From the IMG/VR virus record IMGVR_UViG_3300036399_001023: a stretch of 64,000 nt of DNA. The stretch is one strand, 5' to 3'. Position 1 is the first letter of the stretch, and each line of letters starts with the position of its first letter. The position numbers were made by a program, and so were the translations under genes. Source of the stretch: a virus. Its lineage: Duplodnaviria > Heunggongvirae > Uroviricota > Caudoviricetes. Positions 34,876-44,182 of the stretch are shown piece after piece. A model generated the notes under the pieces. The model was not told the origin of the DNA and ran no database searches. It was given only the letters and a program-made list of their open reading frames with translations.

Positions 34876-35385
34876 TCATCGCACGTACCGTACGAGAGTG
34901 ACGTCCGCAATATCGTGGCAGGACAGGGAGAAACTTTCAAGCATTTTTACTATCGTGTCTTCGTTACCGCCAGCGAGACCGCACCCGATGTATGGGAGTC
35001 CTACCGCAAACTTCCTGTCTAGTGGCGCAGCCATGGCGCCGCTCCTCAAAAAAGTTTGAAAACTTTTGAGAAAGTCTCGGAAAAAGTCATACTCGAAAAT
35101 GTCTTTGCCCCTTCCGTAAGAGTACTGAGTATATGCGTTGACAATGTGAAAAGTATGGTTACCGCTCCCTTGAACCTGTGCCATGGTAAAACGACCGAGT
35201 TTGCCCCGGTCCCCTGCCCGAGTGGAAAGGTCAACGTTCGCTGCTTCAGGGTGCTCACGGCTAATTTGCCCCGCGATGCCTGAAGCCATCTTATTAAAAC
35301 AATTGGCGCCGTGGACAATTATGTCAAACTGACCCTTGCGAGCCATTGACAACAAGTCCCCGTTGGCCCGATGAAGTGTACTCAT
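34876..35385 (-). CDS. macro-domain protein (ADP-ribose binding/processing)
   Basis: FDIIVHGANCFNKMASGIAGQI and GCGLAGG resemble macro-domain motifs (D.IVNAAN...GGGV / G.G..G). Confidence 0.55.
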   Translation of the reverse strand: MSTLHRANGDLLSMARKGQFDIIVHGANCFNKMASGIAGQISREHPEAANVDLSTRAGDRGKLGRFTMAQVQGSGNHTFHIVNAYTQYSYGRGKDIFEYDFFRDFLKSFQTFLRSGAMAAPLDRKFAVGLPYIGCGLAGGNEDTIVKMLESFSLSCHDIADVTLVRYVR

Positions 35386-35621
35386 ACGGTTAATTGGGTT
35401 TCAGACCCAAAAATATAAGGTTGAAAAGTGCTACTAAGGTGGTCGAAAAATTAAAGGAAGCCCACCCTAGTTTATTTTCCCTGTAACGTACGAGACCCAA
35501 AATATGGACACCCACATTATAAACATCCAGATGAGCGCGGAGAGTAGTGGAGACATTTTGACGAGTGATGAGTTAGCCAGAGAGGCTGGGGCAGAGTTTT
35601 GTGTTAATGCGGATACTTAGG

Positions 35622-36050
35622 TTAACTACCAAAGTCCTCATCGTCGTACTCGACGAAAAGGTTAAGTTCCCAGAAGTCAAACTCTTCCTCGATTTTATTT
35701 TTAGCCCTACAGTACTCAGGTTCTGTCATGCAGCCAGGGTTTTGGTAAAGAACCTTAAGTTCTTCGAGTGCACTCTGGAGATTGCGAATGTACTCGAACT
35801 GGTAAGTTCGTCGTTTGTATTGGGCCAGGGTTTCTTGAATCCCGTCAGGATACGTGAAAGTTTCAGTGAGAGGGTCGAACAAGATTTGGTCTTCTGGATT
35901 TATCATTTGGGGGTGGTTGCGTATATGGGGAGTTGAAATGGCACGGTTGAGGGCACTAGGAAACTTTCGAGTGGTCGACGGGGTAAGAAATCCAAATGTA
36001 GTTGTCTGACCCGTCTTTATACCCTCGGGAGCCGTCGCTTGCGAGGTCAA
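35622..36050 (-). CDS. hypothetical protein
   Basis: ORF track 142 aa. Confidence 0.4.
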   Translation of the reverse strand: MTSQATAPEGIKTGQTTTFGFLTPSTTRKFPSALNRAISTPHIRNHPQMINPEDQILFDPLTETFTYPDGIQETLAQYKRRTYQFEYIRNLQSALEELKVLYQNPGCMTEPEYCRAKNKIEEEFDFWELNLFVEYDDEDFGS

Positions 36051-36518
36051 ACTGAACCCACGGTTTACCGGACTCCCTGCAGAAGCCCCCGTTCCAGTCT
36101 CTTCGATCGCTTATATAGCCGAAGGCACCGACGGCTACGCTGAACAGGGCTATGGCAAGTAGTTCCATTTTAAGCTTTGTGCTTTGCGGTTTGAATTGGA
36201 GAATGTCACCAAGGGTGTGTCCCTGGTTTCAATCATTGGGACATTTGCTTCAGGTGTCCCCATCTACCCCATTTGTGGACATCTGTTTGATGCGCCCTGA
36301 AACATATCCCTTTAGAAAGATTAGAAAGGTTGAACGAAGTGAAGTGTCGCTCAAGACCACTGCCGCAATACGCTCCGTTGACGAAGAACGAGCACCTTCA
36401 ACAGACGCGGTGAAAAATGCGGTGTCATCTTTGGTCATTGGCCAAACGGCCAGGAAATCAGTTAAGGCACTATTCCAGTATATCTTGTCGGTTGCCGTTA
36501 ACGGGGGGGAGTTCCATC

Positions 36519-36791
36519 TTAAGGACGTGTGTAGTCGCCGAACGAGTCGTAATTTGCGGTTGCGTTTCGGAATCGCTCCAGGTCCCCAACCCTTTCATCC
36601 AAGTTGGAGAGATCGCGGGAAAGTTGCTCAAATATGGAAATCCGTCCGGCAACAAACCCCTTCAGGAAAATTTCAAAGACGGATCCTAAGCGAATGTCGT
36701 CTTCAGGTGTTTTACACCAGATGGTGCGAAAGGCTTCAATCGCTTCGGGAGTTGTGCCCGTAGGGTATTCGTACGGGGTTGGGGCTGACAT
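36519..36791 (-). CDS. hypothetical protein
   Basis: ORF track 90 aa. Confidence 0.35.
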   Translation of the reverse strand: MSAPTPYEYPTGTTPEAIEAFRTIWCKTPEDDIRLGSVFEIFLKGFVAGRISIFEQLSRDLSNLDERVGDLERFRNATANYDSFGDYTRP

Positions 36792-36820
36792 TTAGGTTTA
36801 GTGCGGGGTGAACTGACTAA

Positions 36821-36890
36821 GTTAGTATAGCGTTTCTGCCGAGCAAAAACAAGCCGGGAAACCGTCCCGAAGCAAAAGGGAAACCGCCCC
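36821..36890 (-). promoter_or_regulatory. intergenic terminator-promoter cassette (double hairpin)
   Basis: gttagtatagcg-tttctgccgagcaaaaac-aagccgggaaaccgtcc..aaaagggaaaccgcccc. Confidence 0.5.
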
Positions 36891-36918
36891 CAACCACTTT
36901 GGCTTTCACGAGGGAACA

Positions 36919-37161
36919 CTACCCCCGGATATCCGGCCTACCGAAATTTGGACGATGAACATACAACGTGAATGCAACACCGAGGAGTCCAAGTACCACA
37001 CTCGTAACGGACAGAAAAGTTACAGGGACATGAACTCCGACAACTATCGCCAAGGACGAAATTAAGCATTGTATAGCAAAGACTGCCGCCATTGCTACGG
37101 TTGGTGTGTTATCACGGTAGTTTCGAATTACTAGATTGCAGTCACGAAAGAACTTACGCAT
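36919..37161 (-). CDS. small membrane protein
   Basis: two hydrophobic segments. Confidence 0.35.
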   Translation of the reverse strand: MRKFFRDCNLVIRNYRDNTPTVAMAAVFAIQCLISSLAIVVGVHVPVTFLSVTSVVLGLLGVAFTLYVHRPNFGRPDIRG

Positions 37162-37341
37162 TAGGAATCATTGTGTATGTTGGGACGATGAATGTATCAT
37201 GTAATGGCAAGGAGTGAGATGCCATAAGACACCAGGAAGTGGTTCACAGGAGTTGCCAAGATCCCTAGGCTTAAGGTGGAGCAGGCTACCAAACAATGAA
37301 AAGTAAATATAAGTGCTAGGGTTAGGGTAGAAGTGCCTTGT

Positions 37342-37593
37342 CTATAGCGGTGAATGTGCCAATTTGCGTAGCGAATTAAAGAGAGAATTTTTTAGATTGG
37401 ATAGACTCTTGAGTATTTGGTCAATCTTTCGCTTGGGGGCGTCTTGGTCTATTTTAACCTCGCTCAGTAACCTCCCTAGATTTTCGTCGTCTAAGATAGC
37501 TTGAGCAGCTTTCTGCTCAGATTCAATTAGTGAAGTCCAAGGGACTTCTAGATTCACTTCAGCCATCACTTCTCCTTCTTTTTCATCGACCAT
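37342..37593 (-). CDS. hypothetical protein in AT-rich island
   Basis: ORF track 83 aa. Confidence 0.25.
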   Translation of the reverse strand: MVDEKEGEVMAEVNLEVPWTSLIESEQKAAQAILDDENLGRLLSEVKIDQDAPKRKIDQILKSLSNLKNSLFNSLRKLAHSPL

Positions 37594-37793
37594 TCATTAC
37601 TGATGGCCTTAAAAGTGAAACCATACTCATTGGATTTGAGGACAATCTCTTCTCGCTTAACCTTGGGGTTCAGAGACGGGCCATCGGCGTAAGCTAGCAG
37701 CTCCTCCAGGGAGCCGAACCGGTCGGTCAGCACCAGGGAAAGGTCCAGGACGGGTGCGTGCTCCAGGGGGGCTTTAGCGTCCCCAGGCACCAA
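37566..37793 (-). CDS. hypothetical protein in AT-rich island
   Basis: ORF track 75 aa. Confidence 0.25.
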   Translation of the reverse strand: MVPGDAKAPLEHAPVLDLSLVLTDRFGSLEELLAYADGPSLNPKVKREEIVLKSNEYGFTFKAISNEWSMKKKEK

Positions 37794-37859
37794 GGGCCGT
37801 CTAGTTTTTAACTAGGCGAAGTCATTCAGGGTAAACCTTAACAAGTCGTTCTGAAACCA

Positions 37860-38993
37860 ATGAGAAATTGCTACACATACAGAGTGGGTTGGTCCCGGTT
37901 CAATAAGTACTACTACGGAGTTAGATTCGCCAAAGGATGTCACCCTGCTGACCTTTGGGTTGCCTATTTCACCAGCTCCCGGCATGTAAAAGCATTTAGA
38001 AAAGTTCACGGGGAGCCAGATATCCTGGAAGTGAGAAAAACTTTTGGAGACGAACCTAAAAAGGCAGCCGAATGGGAACAAACTGTTTTACGAAGACTAA
38101 ACATAGAGTTCAACGAACTATACTTAAACAGAAGCCGAAAGAACGCTTTCGGGGCCAAGGGGGCGCCATGGAATGTGGGTAGAACCAAGGAGAATTGCCC
38201 CGTGACACATTTAACTGCGGAGAAGATTAGCAAGACTAGAAAAGGTTTTAAAGCCTCAGAAGAAACTAAGAAGAAACTGTCTATGGCTGCAAAGGGAAGA
38301 GCCGAAGAAAATTCCTGGAAGCAGCTATTAAAAAGTCCAGCAATTAGAAACAGATTTCACTCCTATAAACATTTCTTAGTTGAGATAGAAAACCTATACG
38401 AGTCTTGTTGGGGTATCGCGGAGGTCATTTCAAAAGCCCTGGGAGTAAACGTCAGAGGCGTTGCTAAAGCCCTAGAGCGCCTAAATCTGACTTCTTTGAA
38501 CGACCAGCAGAGAACTAAAGTGTATAATAAGTACGGGAACAGGTTCTCTAGTTACAGCGACTACTGCATAAGTATCTTGGTTTTACATCTCAAGGGCTAC
38601 ACTCCCAGTCAAATTGGTAGTCAGTTGGATGTGAATGAATGCGGAGTGGGGAACCTTCTTCTCAGGGTTGATTTAACCCCAAACAAGGCCAAAACGGGAC
38701 CGTCAAAGCCCGCTTTTAAGAAGGTACTGATTGCTGATGCTCTTGAAGCTAAAAGCACCACATTCACTCTTGAAGACAATCCCCTCCCGGAGAGTCTTAT
38801 TGTTAAGTTGAGAGAAACCGTCTGCCATACCGAGGATCTCTTCCACACCCATATCCTTTATAGAGAAGCTTCCCAACACAGGGACGTGGCCCAAACCAAA
38901 TTGATCGCAAAAGTTTTTCCTTTCCAGGGGGGTCATGTACCTCCCCATATCCGTAAGGTAGACATCAAAAACAAAGAACTTGAAGTCATTTAG
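37860..38993 (+). mobile_element. free-standing GIY-YIG homing endonuclease gene (only clear plus-strand gene), in AT-richer island 37170..39000
   Basis: N-terminus CYTYRVGWSRFNKYYYGVR (GIY...YIG variant) followed by repeated NUMOD-like R/K-rich modules; its 3' 290 nt overlap the 3' end of the minus-strand ligase gene. Confidence 0.6.
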
Positions 38994-39755
38994 CTTGTAG
39001 ATGTTTTGCTGGATTTTTGGGCCTACAACTTCTCCCTGTACAGCCACATTGTCAAACCCTGCAGTCTTCAGTTTTTCTTCTAGATTGACTTTTCTAGCGA
39101 CGGACCAATAAGTGTTATTATTATCCTCTTTTAGGTCTAAGTTACGGGAGCAAACTCCGAACTCTCCGTTGTTAAGGTACATCGTACAAGATGTACCCTC
39201 TAGTTTCTCCGTAACTTCGTATACAACATTCTTGTATTCCCCCAGTTTGTCGTATAGAGATTGAACTCTCGGCTGATCCGTTTTGGTAATGTAGCTCGGG
39301 AAGTTTCCACGAACTTGTCCGGCAAGGCATGCGGGGACCGGAGCTTCCCACTTTTGAATACCGAGGAGTTCGGTAACATCGTCACCTTCCCTTACAAAGC
39401 GTAAGAAGCCGTCATCACCTTTGACTTGGAAGAATCCTCCGTTCAATGTCTCCACGAACGGTAGCAACAACCCCTGAGAAAGTTGCTTTTTCAGCCGAAT
39501 TGTTCTTAATTTCTCCCCCCTTACCCCCTTATACTCCTTCGGTTCTTTCCCCTTAGACAGAGTAGGATCCAGTACATGGGGCACAAACGAGTCTGGCTCC
39601 AGGTAAACTGCCAAGTCCCCAACCTCATACTTACCTACAGAGTCAACAACCCACCACCCATTAACACGGTAGGCACAGATTCTGTCTGCTTCAGGGATAG
39701 AGCGAACCTCAGCGATTCGCTGGACGGAGGCGAGTTTGCGTTCGATGTTTGCCAT
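38703..39755 (-). CDS. ATP-dependent ligase-family nucleotidyltransferase (RNA-ligase-like)
   Basis: motif I-like EKLEGTS, motif III-like FVFDVY, motif IV EGIVFKS near C-terminus. Confidence 0.5.
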   Translation of the reverse strand: MANIERKLASVQRIAEVRSIPEADRICAYRVNGWWVVDSVGKYEVGDLAVYLEPDSFVPHVLDPTLSKGKEPKEYKGVRGEKLRTIRLKKQLSQGLLLPFVETLNGGFFQVKGDDGFLRFVREGDDVTELLGIQKWEAPVPACLAGQVRGNFPSYITKTDQPRVQSLYDKLGEYKNVVYEVTEKLEGTSCTMYLNNGEFGVCSRNLDLKEDNNNTYWSVARKVNLEEKLKTAGFDNVAVQGEVVGPKIQQNIYKLNDFKFFVFDVYLTDMGRYMTPLERKNFCDQFGLGHVPVLGSFSIKDMGVEEILGMADGFSQLNNKTLREGIVFKSECGAFSFKSISNQYLLKSGL

Positions 39756-40202
39756 TTTGGTTTAGGTTGGTTGTTGAGAAAGTGATAAATTATTTGCGGC
39801 GGAACCTTCCGTTGGTCCGGAAACCAGAGACCCAGGTGTTTTTCCAAAGGTGTAGTACCAAAACCCTACATAGAGAGATACAAGCGAAGAGTCGATGAAC
39901 GAGGGAAGGAGCACCAGAAGCCAGGGCCAGGATATATACCCGGTGAGTTTGAGGGCTAAAAGAGAAGAGTGAAAGGAGTCATGAAGTCAAATGTTGTGAA
40001 GCTTACGCGATTGCTTAGCTAGCTTTTCTCTCTCCTTAGCTAACTTAACGATCAAAGTCATTTGAAGGTTACCTCTGAACTGCGAGAACGTGAAGATTTC
40101 AATTGCAGCGTCGATTAAAAGAGCATAGGGTACTAAAATCCTCATTACCCGACAGTTTAGGTTGGGTTCCTTCACAGGGTTTCTAGTAATTTTGAATTTC
40201 AC

Positions 40203-40637
40203 TTAAGCTCCTCCCACTGGGTCACCGCCTTCGGCTGCCTCTCTGGCGAATAGCTCCACAGCCCTTCTTATGACGTCGGCTTTACTTATACCGTCAGCCT
40301 TTGCAAGAAGGGTCACCACGTCATAAAAGTTTTGCGATACACGCAGCTCAATGGTATGTTGAGCTCCCCCTTCGGTAGGACTTTCAGTTTGTGCAGCGCC
40401 AGTAGATTCCCACTGGGTCACCGCCTTCGGCTTCACCGCCCAATCCGCCGGATCGCACTCGGTAGCAGCCGCAAAGTCAATTTCCATGACGGAGTTCCCA
40501 CGGTTGATGCGGGGCACCCCATAACGTACCTCAGACCCCCTGGGGACAGGGAGATAGTTGTCGTGAACCCATTCCCATAACTCGGGAAGGTCGATCTCGA
40601 TTGTTCCTTCGGATGTGAATGCCATTTTCTGGGACAA
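40203..40637 (-). CDS. hypothetical protein
   Basis: ORF track 144 aa. Confidence 0.4.
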   Translation of the reverse strand: MSQKMAFTSEGTIEIDLPELWEWVHDNYLPVPRGSEVRYGVPRINRGNSVMEIDFAAATECDPADWAVKPKAVTQWESTGAAQTESPTEGGAQHTIELRVSQNFYDVVTLLAKADGISKADVIRRAVELFAREAAEGGDPVGGA

Positions 40638-40667
40638 GGTGGATTGCGGGTTTTTGTCCCGTATAAA

Positions 40668-40733
40668 CCTACTATACCGCTTTCCTGTCGGAAAGGCAAG
40701 GGGGGACCGCCCCAGGGTAACCGGGGACCGCCC
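40668..40733 (-). promoter_or_regulatory. intergenic terminator-promoter cassette (double hairpin)
   Basis: cctactataccg-ctttcctgtcggaaagg-caaggggggaccgcccc..ccggggaccgccc. Confidence 0.5.
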
Positions 40734-41290
40734 TAAGGAAGTACAAAAGGCGAATCGGGATCGTCTGTGAAAGCAGTGAAATAGGTCTCTGTGGCCGGGT
40801 TACCCAGGTTAAGGACGGAAATGTTGTGAAACCTGGCGATGCGAATCGCCTGTGAGGTTCCACCGACGTCCTTGCCGTTTTTTGTCCAGCAGACTACCAC
40901 GTCCGTTGGGCTCTTGCAGTCTCTCCCTAGGACTTGCATCGCGTTCCTAGCCATTAACTTTCGCCCCTTATCAAAGAGCCGAGAGGGTGCGGGATGAAAC
41001 TGCTCCACGCTTTCTTGAGCTAGTTCTCGCCCTGGGCACAAAAGGTAATCAAAGTAGGATACGCCATCGTGGTGCCTTCCATTAAAGCCGTTGTACGGGA
41101 GAAATATCTCCTTTCTCGTAGAGTATTCCTCAAAAGCTGAGTCAGCCCCGTCAGCACCACCAGAGCGCAGTGTGAGTCCTAGACGGTCCATCCTTGCCGA
41201 AATTCGGCCCATAAGTGCCAGGATCGGACCAGGTGTCTCTCGACTCCCAATTCCTGTGTACACTTTCATTGCCCCTTTAGCCTCAGTCAT
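40733..41290 (-). CDS. DprA/SLOG-family Rossmann-fold protein
   Basis: TGIGSRETPGP...LRSGGADGADSAFEE resembles DprA/LOG-superfamily G.GSR..P...SGGA.G.D. Confidence 0.45.
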   Translation of the reverse strand: MTEAKGAMKVYTGIGSRETPGPILALMGRISARMDRLGLTLRSGGADGADSAFEEYSTRKEIFLPYNGFNGRHHDGVSYFDYLLCPGRELAQESVEQFHPAPSRLFDKGRKLMARNAMQVLGRDCKSPTDVVVCWTKNGKDVGGTSQAIRIARFHNISVLNLGNPATETYFTAFTDDPDSPFVLP

Positions 41291-41300
41291 TGTTTCTCAT

Positions 41301-41561
41301 TCAGCTTTTTAGATCAATTTTCATAATGTCGTACTCGTGTTCATCAATAATATCCCACCGACCTGTGCCGGTCCAAGTGAGAGCCGGAGATGAGCCTGTG
41401 TTCATGAAGTACGGAAATAACTCGCCCATCCAACGCCAGGGCATAAAACTACCTGAAGAAGGCGAGATAACACCGGTACGAACTGAGCCATCGCGTAGCA
41501 CAACGGTGACTTCTTTGCCGAGAAACTCTGCAAGATTAAGAATTGGTGACTCAAGAGTCAT
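41301..41561 (-). CDS. hypothetical protein
   Basis: ORF track 86 aa. Confidence 0.35.
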   Translation of the reverse strand: MTLESPILNLAEFLGKEVTVVLRDGSVRTGVISPSSGSFMPWRWMGELFPYFMNTGSSPALTWTGTGRWDIIDEHEYDIMKIDLKS

Positions 41562-41776
41562 GGCAAATACTTCATCACAATGAGTCCTTCCGGTGTAAAC
41601 CGGACCCGCGTGTTTTCTTGATCCAACTCAGTTAGTTCTGGGTGGCTTTGCTCCACCACCAGCTTCCAAAGGAGGCTAGACACTGAGCGCCATCCGTCCC
41701 CTGAGTTCGTGCTGCGTTCAAGCAGCCGTAACATGTTTCTTTGCAGATCTGTGATCGGTGGCTTGGGGTTGGCCAT
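41558..41776 (-). CDS. hypothetical protein
   Basis: ORF track 72 aa. Confidence 0.35.
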   Translation of the reverse strand: MANPKPPITDLQRNMLRLLERSTNSGDGWRSVSSLLWKLVVEQSHPELTELDQENTRVRFTPEGLIVMKYLP

Positions 41777-41833
41777 GGCTTTCCTTCAGTTTAAGGGCGT
41801 GGGTCGGTGACTCGTTGAAGTTGAGTGTGAGTG

Positions 41834-42109
41834 CTACGCACGAGCAATCATACCGAAGCCAGGCTCAAGGAAGCTTTCCAAGTTGCTGTCGGGATGCACC
41901 TTCTCAGCCACAAGTAAAAGAGCCCTGTGGCAGTCTTGCCTGGATCGCCGAGCCCCGAGTTTGTAAGCAGAAAGTGCGTAGGAGTGGGCCAACTGCAGAA
42001 AAGAGTCCCGCAAACCTGCGGGCATTTTCTCAACCTTGCTTCGGGTTTCTTCGGGAAGCCCCAGCCAAAGTGCTTCGAGATCGGCTTCTGCTTGAGGGTG
42101 GAATGCCAT
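41834..42109 (-). CDS. hypothetical protein (N-terminus MAFHPQAEA shared with 42203..42421)
   Basis: ORF track 91 aa. Confidence 0.4.
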   Translation of the reverse strand: MAFHPQAEADLEALWLGLPEETRSKVEKMPAGLRDSFLQLAHSYALSAYKLGARRSRQDCHRALLLVAEKVHPDSNLESFLEPGFGMIARA

Positions 42110-42118
42110 GGTTGCGTG

Positions 42119-42177
42119 CGTGGACTGAAGTAAGTATACCGCTTTCTCTTCGAGAAAGAAAGGGGGTAAACCGCCCC
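42119..42177 (-). promoter_or_regulatory. cassette, GTGGACTGAAGTAA leader subfamily
   Basis: gtggactgaagtaagtataccg-ctttctcttcgagaaag-aaagggggtaaaccgcccc. Confidence 0.55.
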
Positions 42178-42202
42178 AAAGAAAGGGATCGGTGGGTGTG
42201 CC

Positions 42203-42421
42203 TCAGCACGGACTATGCGGGGCAGAGCAGGAGGCAGCAAGATACGCTTCGATCTGCTCACTGTTCCATCTGGGGTCCGGAAACTTTGGCCAGCCGTAGG
42301 CGCAGTGTGTAGCGCCATGCTCAGCGCAATCTCGAAGTGTTTTAGTGTTAGGTGGAATAACGTAGTACTTTTCCCAACAAAGCAGCATTGAGCGTGCTTC
42401 TGCTTGAGGGTCGAAGGTCAT
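42203..42421 (-). CDS. hypothetical protein (N-terminus MTFDPQAEA)
   Basis: ORF track 72 aa. Confidence 0.4.
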   Translation of the reverse strand: MTFDPQAEARSMLLCWEKYYVIPPNTKTLRDCAEHGATHCAYGWPKFPDPRWNSEQIEAYLAASCSAPHSPC

Positions 42422-42431
42422 GGTCGCGTGC

Positions 42432-42487
42432 GTGGACTGAAGTAACTATACCGCTTTCCTGCCGGGAAGGCAAGGGGGGAAACCGCC
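42432..42487 (-). promoter_or_regulatory. cassette, GTGGACTGAAGTAA leader subfamily (near-duplicate of 42119..42177)
   Basis: gtggactgaagtaactataccg-ctttcctgccgggaagg-caaggggggaaaccgcc. Confidence 0.55.
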
Positions 42488-43378
42488 TTAGTCCAGTATC
42501 TCCCTACGAACTGAGGTCTGCAGCTTATTGATTGCGGCGAGTGCGGCAGTGTGATTGTCGCGAGAGGCTTTCATGGGTGTGACTTTCTGTACCCTGACCC
42601 AAATGGCGTCTAGATCGGATAGAACCTCTGCAGCGTTTTTCAGTGCGGGTTTCGTCCTGTACTTCGCAATGTATAGTTTGATAGTATTCGTCACCCTCTT
42701 GTAAAGAGACAACTTTTCTGCTTTGCACTGGTCGAGAGTACCAATGAAAGGGGGAGACTTGGAAAAGTCCATGTCGTCAAACCCGGCGTACTTCCCGTCG
42801 ATCTTTGCAAATCGAATACCGCTGTGGGACGGGATATTGTAGTCTAAGCCATGAGCTTCGCAACAAGCTTTGAAGTCTCGGAGAGAAATCGCATTGCGGT
42901 CTAAGGTGTATAGGTGTGCCTTGGTTGCGCATTGCGGAGAGTTCCACATAGACTGAATGTCTGGGTCGCCGGAGTTGGTACGAACCTCCACCACCTCAAG
43001 TTTGACGGGATCCTTTTCCGTGCGAGACTCGCCGAACACCGGCTTCCACGTTTTGAGAAAACGCTTGTAGGCAAATTCGTCGTCTAGATTCTCAAAGATG
43101 TAGCAGCTTGAGTACCCCTTTTCCGGGGTGCCTTTTGAAGCGAGATCGCTTTTCTGTTCCATGTACGACTCGACTGACAAAGTGCTACCAGTCTCGTTCT
43201 CATAATGCGTAACTGCGGGTTGAAACACGCGAACACTAAGGATGGTCGTAGGGTCCGACACAACGAAAGTGTTTGCCGTTACAGGGATTCCATCTACCTC
43301 AAGGCCACTGTGATGGCTCCTATGAACAAGGTAGCTTCCCTCGTTTACAAGATGAGTGGCTTTCAGAGTGATTGACAT
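42488..43378 (-). CDS. hypothetical protein
   Basis: ORF track 296 aa. Confidence 0.45.
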   Translation of the reverse strand: MSITLKATHLVNEGSYLVHRSHHSGLEVDGIPVTANTFVVSDPTTILSVRVFQPAVTHYENETGSTLSVESYMEQKSDLASKGTPEKGYSSCYIFENLDDEFAYKRFLKTWKPVFGESRTEKDPVKLEVVEVRTNSGDPDIQSMWNSPQCATKAHLYTLDRNAISLRDFKACCEAHGLDYNIPSHSGIRFAKIDGKYAGFDDMDFSKSPPFIGTLDQCKAEKLSLYKRVTNTIKLYIAKYRTKPALKNAAEVLSDLDAIWVRVQKVTPMKASRDNHTAALAAINKLQTSVRREILD

Positions 43379-43425
43379 TTTTCTCAGGTTTCAGGTGTGC
43401 AGTGTCAGGTAAGCTAGTTAGATAT

Positions 43426-43743
43426 TCAGGGTTTGGGGTCCTGATAGGACAAACACCTAACAAGCTCATCGAGCTCGCCATCTGTGAGCACCTCTTCCGT
43501 TTCTTCCTTGTGTGCCGTGTCGCTCTGAAAAAGCTCGGAGTAAAGCTCAAGGTGAGTGGAAAGATCCTCGAGAACTTCTTGCAAAGTTGAGAAGCCAAAC
43601 CAGGTGGACTCGTAGCGTTTGTCGCTGCTGTTTAAGGCCCAGGTCCAGCGGTCCCACCAGTCGCCCTGGTCCCTCTTTAGGGACTTTGAAATTGTTAGAG
43701 AGTAACTGTTGGGGATGCTCTTTTCGAGCTGAGCGAGATTCAT
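43426..43743 (-). CDS. hypothetical protein
   Basis: ORF track 105 aa. Confidence 0.4.
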   Translation of the reverse strand: MNLAQLEKSIPNSYSLTISKSLKRDQGDWWDRWTWALNSSDKRYESTWFGFSTLQEVLEDLSTHLELYSELFQSDTAHKEETEEVLTDGELDELVRCLSYQDPKP

Positions 43744-43757
43744 CTGAGTGCTTTGAA

Positions 43758-43808
43758 CTAGCTTAGTTTACCGCTTCCCTGTCGGAAAGGCAAGGGGGTA
43801 AACCGCCC
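43758..43808 (-). promoter_or_regulatory. intergenic terminator-promoter cassette
   Basis: ctagcttagtttaccg-cttccctgtcggaaagg-caagggggtaaaccgccc. Confidence 0.45.
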
Positions 43809-43941
43809 TGCCCCTACGCTACGGAGAAACGACCGACAAAACCTTGATAAGGGGGTGCCCGTCGATTTCAGGTTGATAGTTCTCACCAGTCTGCGGCAGC
43901 AGGGATCGCTTCTTCGATGGGGAGGTAAATTGTGTCGAATT

Positions 43942-44181
43942 TCATGGGGCGGTCGGGTAAAATAAACCGAATAAATAAAGCACCGAAAGTAGTACGACGA
44001 GGATAAGCCCTAGTGAGACTTGTATTTCAACTGGCGTAACCTCTTCGGGGGAACCCCGCTCTTTGTCCAGCTTACGGATGAGCTTCTCATTCGGGGTTAG
44101 CCTCAGCCCATCCTTCACCTCGACCCACCGAGACCCCCTCGGGTGACGGTGTTTTCGACTGAAGGGGTAGTTTCGTTGCAT
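43942..44181 (-). CDS. small protein with C-terminal TM segment
   Basis: ORF track 79 aa. Confidence 0.35.
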   Translation of the reverse strand: MQRNYPFSRKHRHPRGSRWVEVKDGLRLTPNEKLIRKLDKERGSPEEVTPVEIQVSLGLILVVLLSVLYLFGLFYPTAP

Positions 44182-44182
44182 A

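Noticed and set aside
35390-35630. 230-nt gene-free gap with hairpin GGGTTTCAGACCC + A-run
   Set aside because: The hairpin/T-run polarity would terminate plus-strand transcripts, and there are no plus genes here. Probably just a loose minus-strand intergenic region; no cassette.
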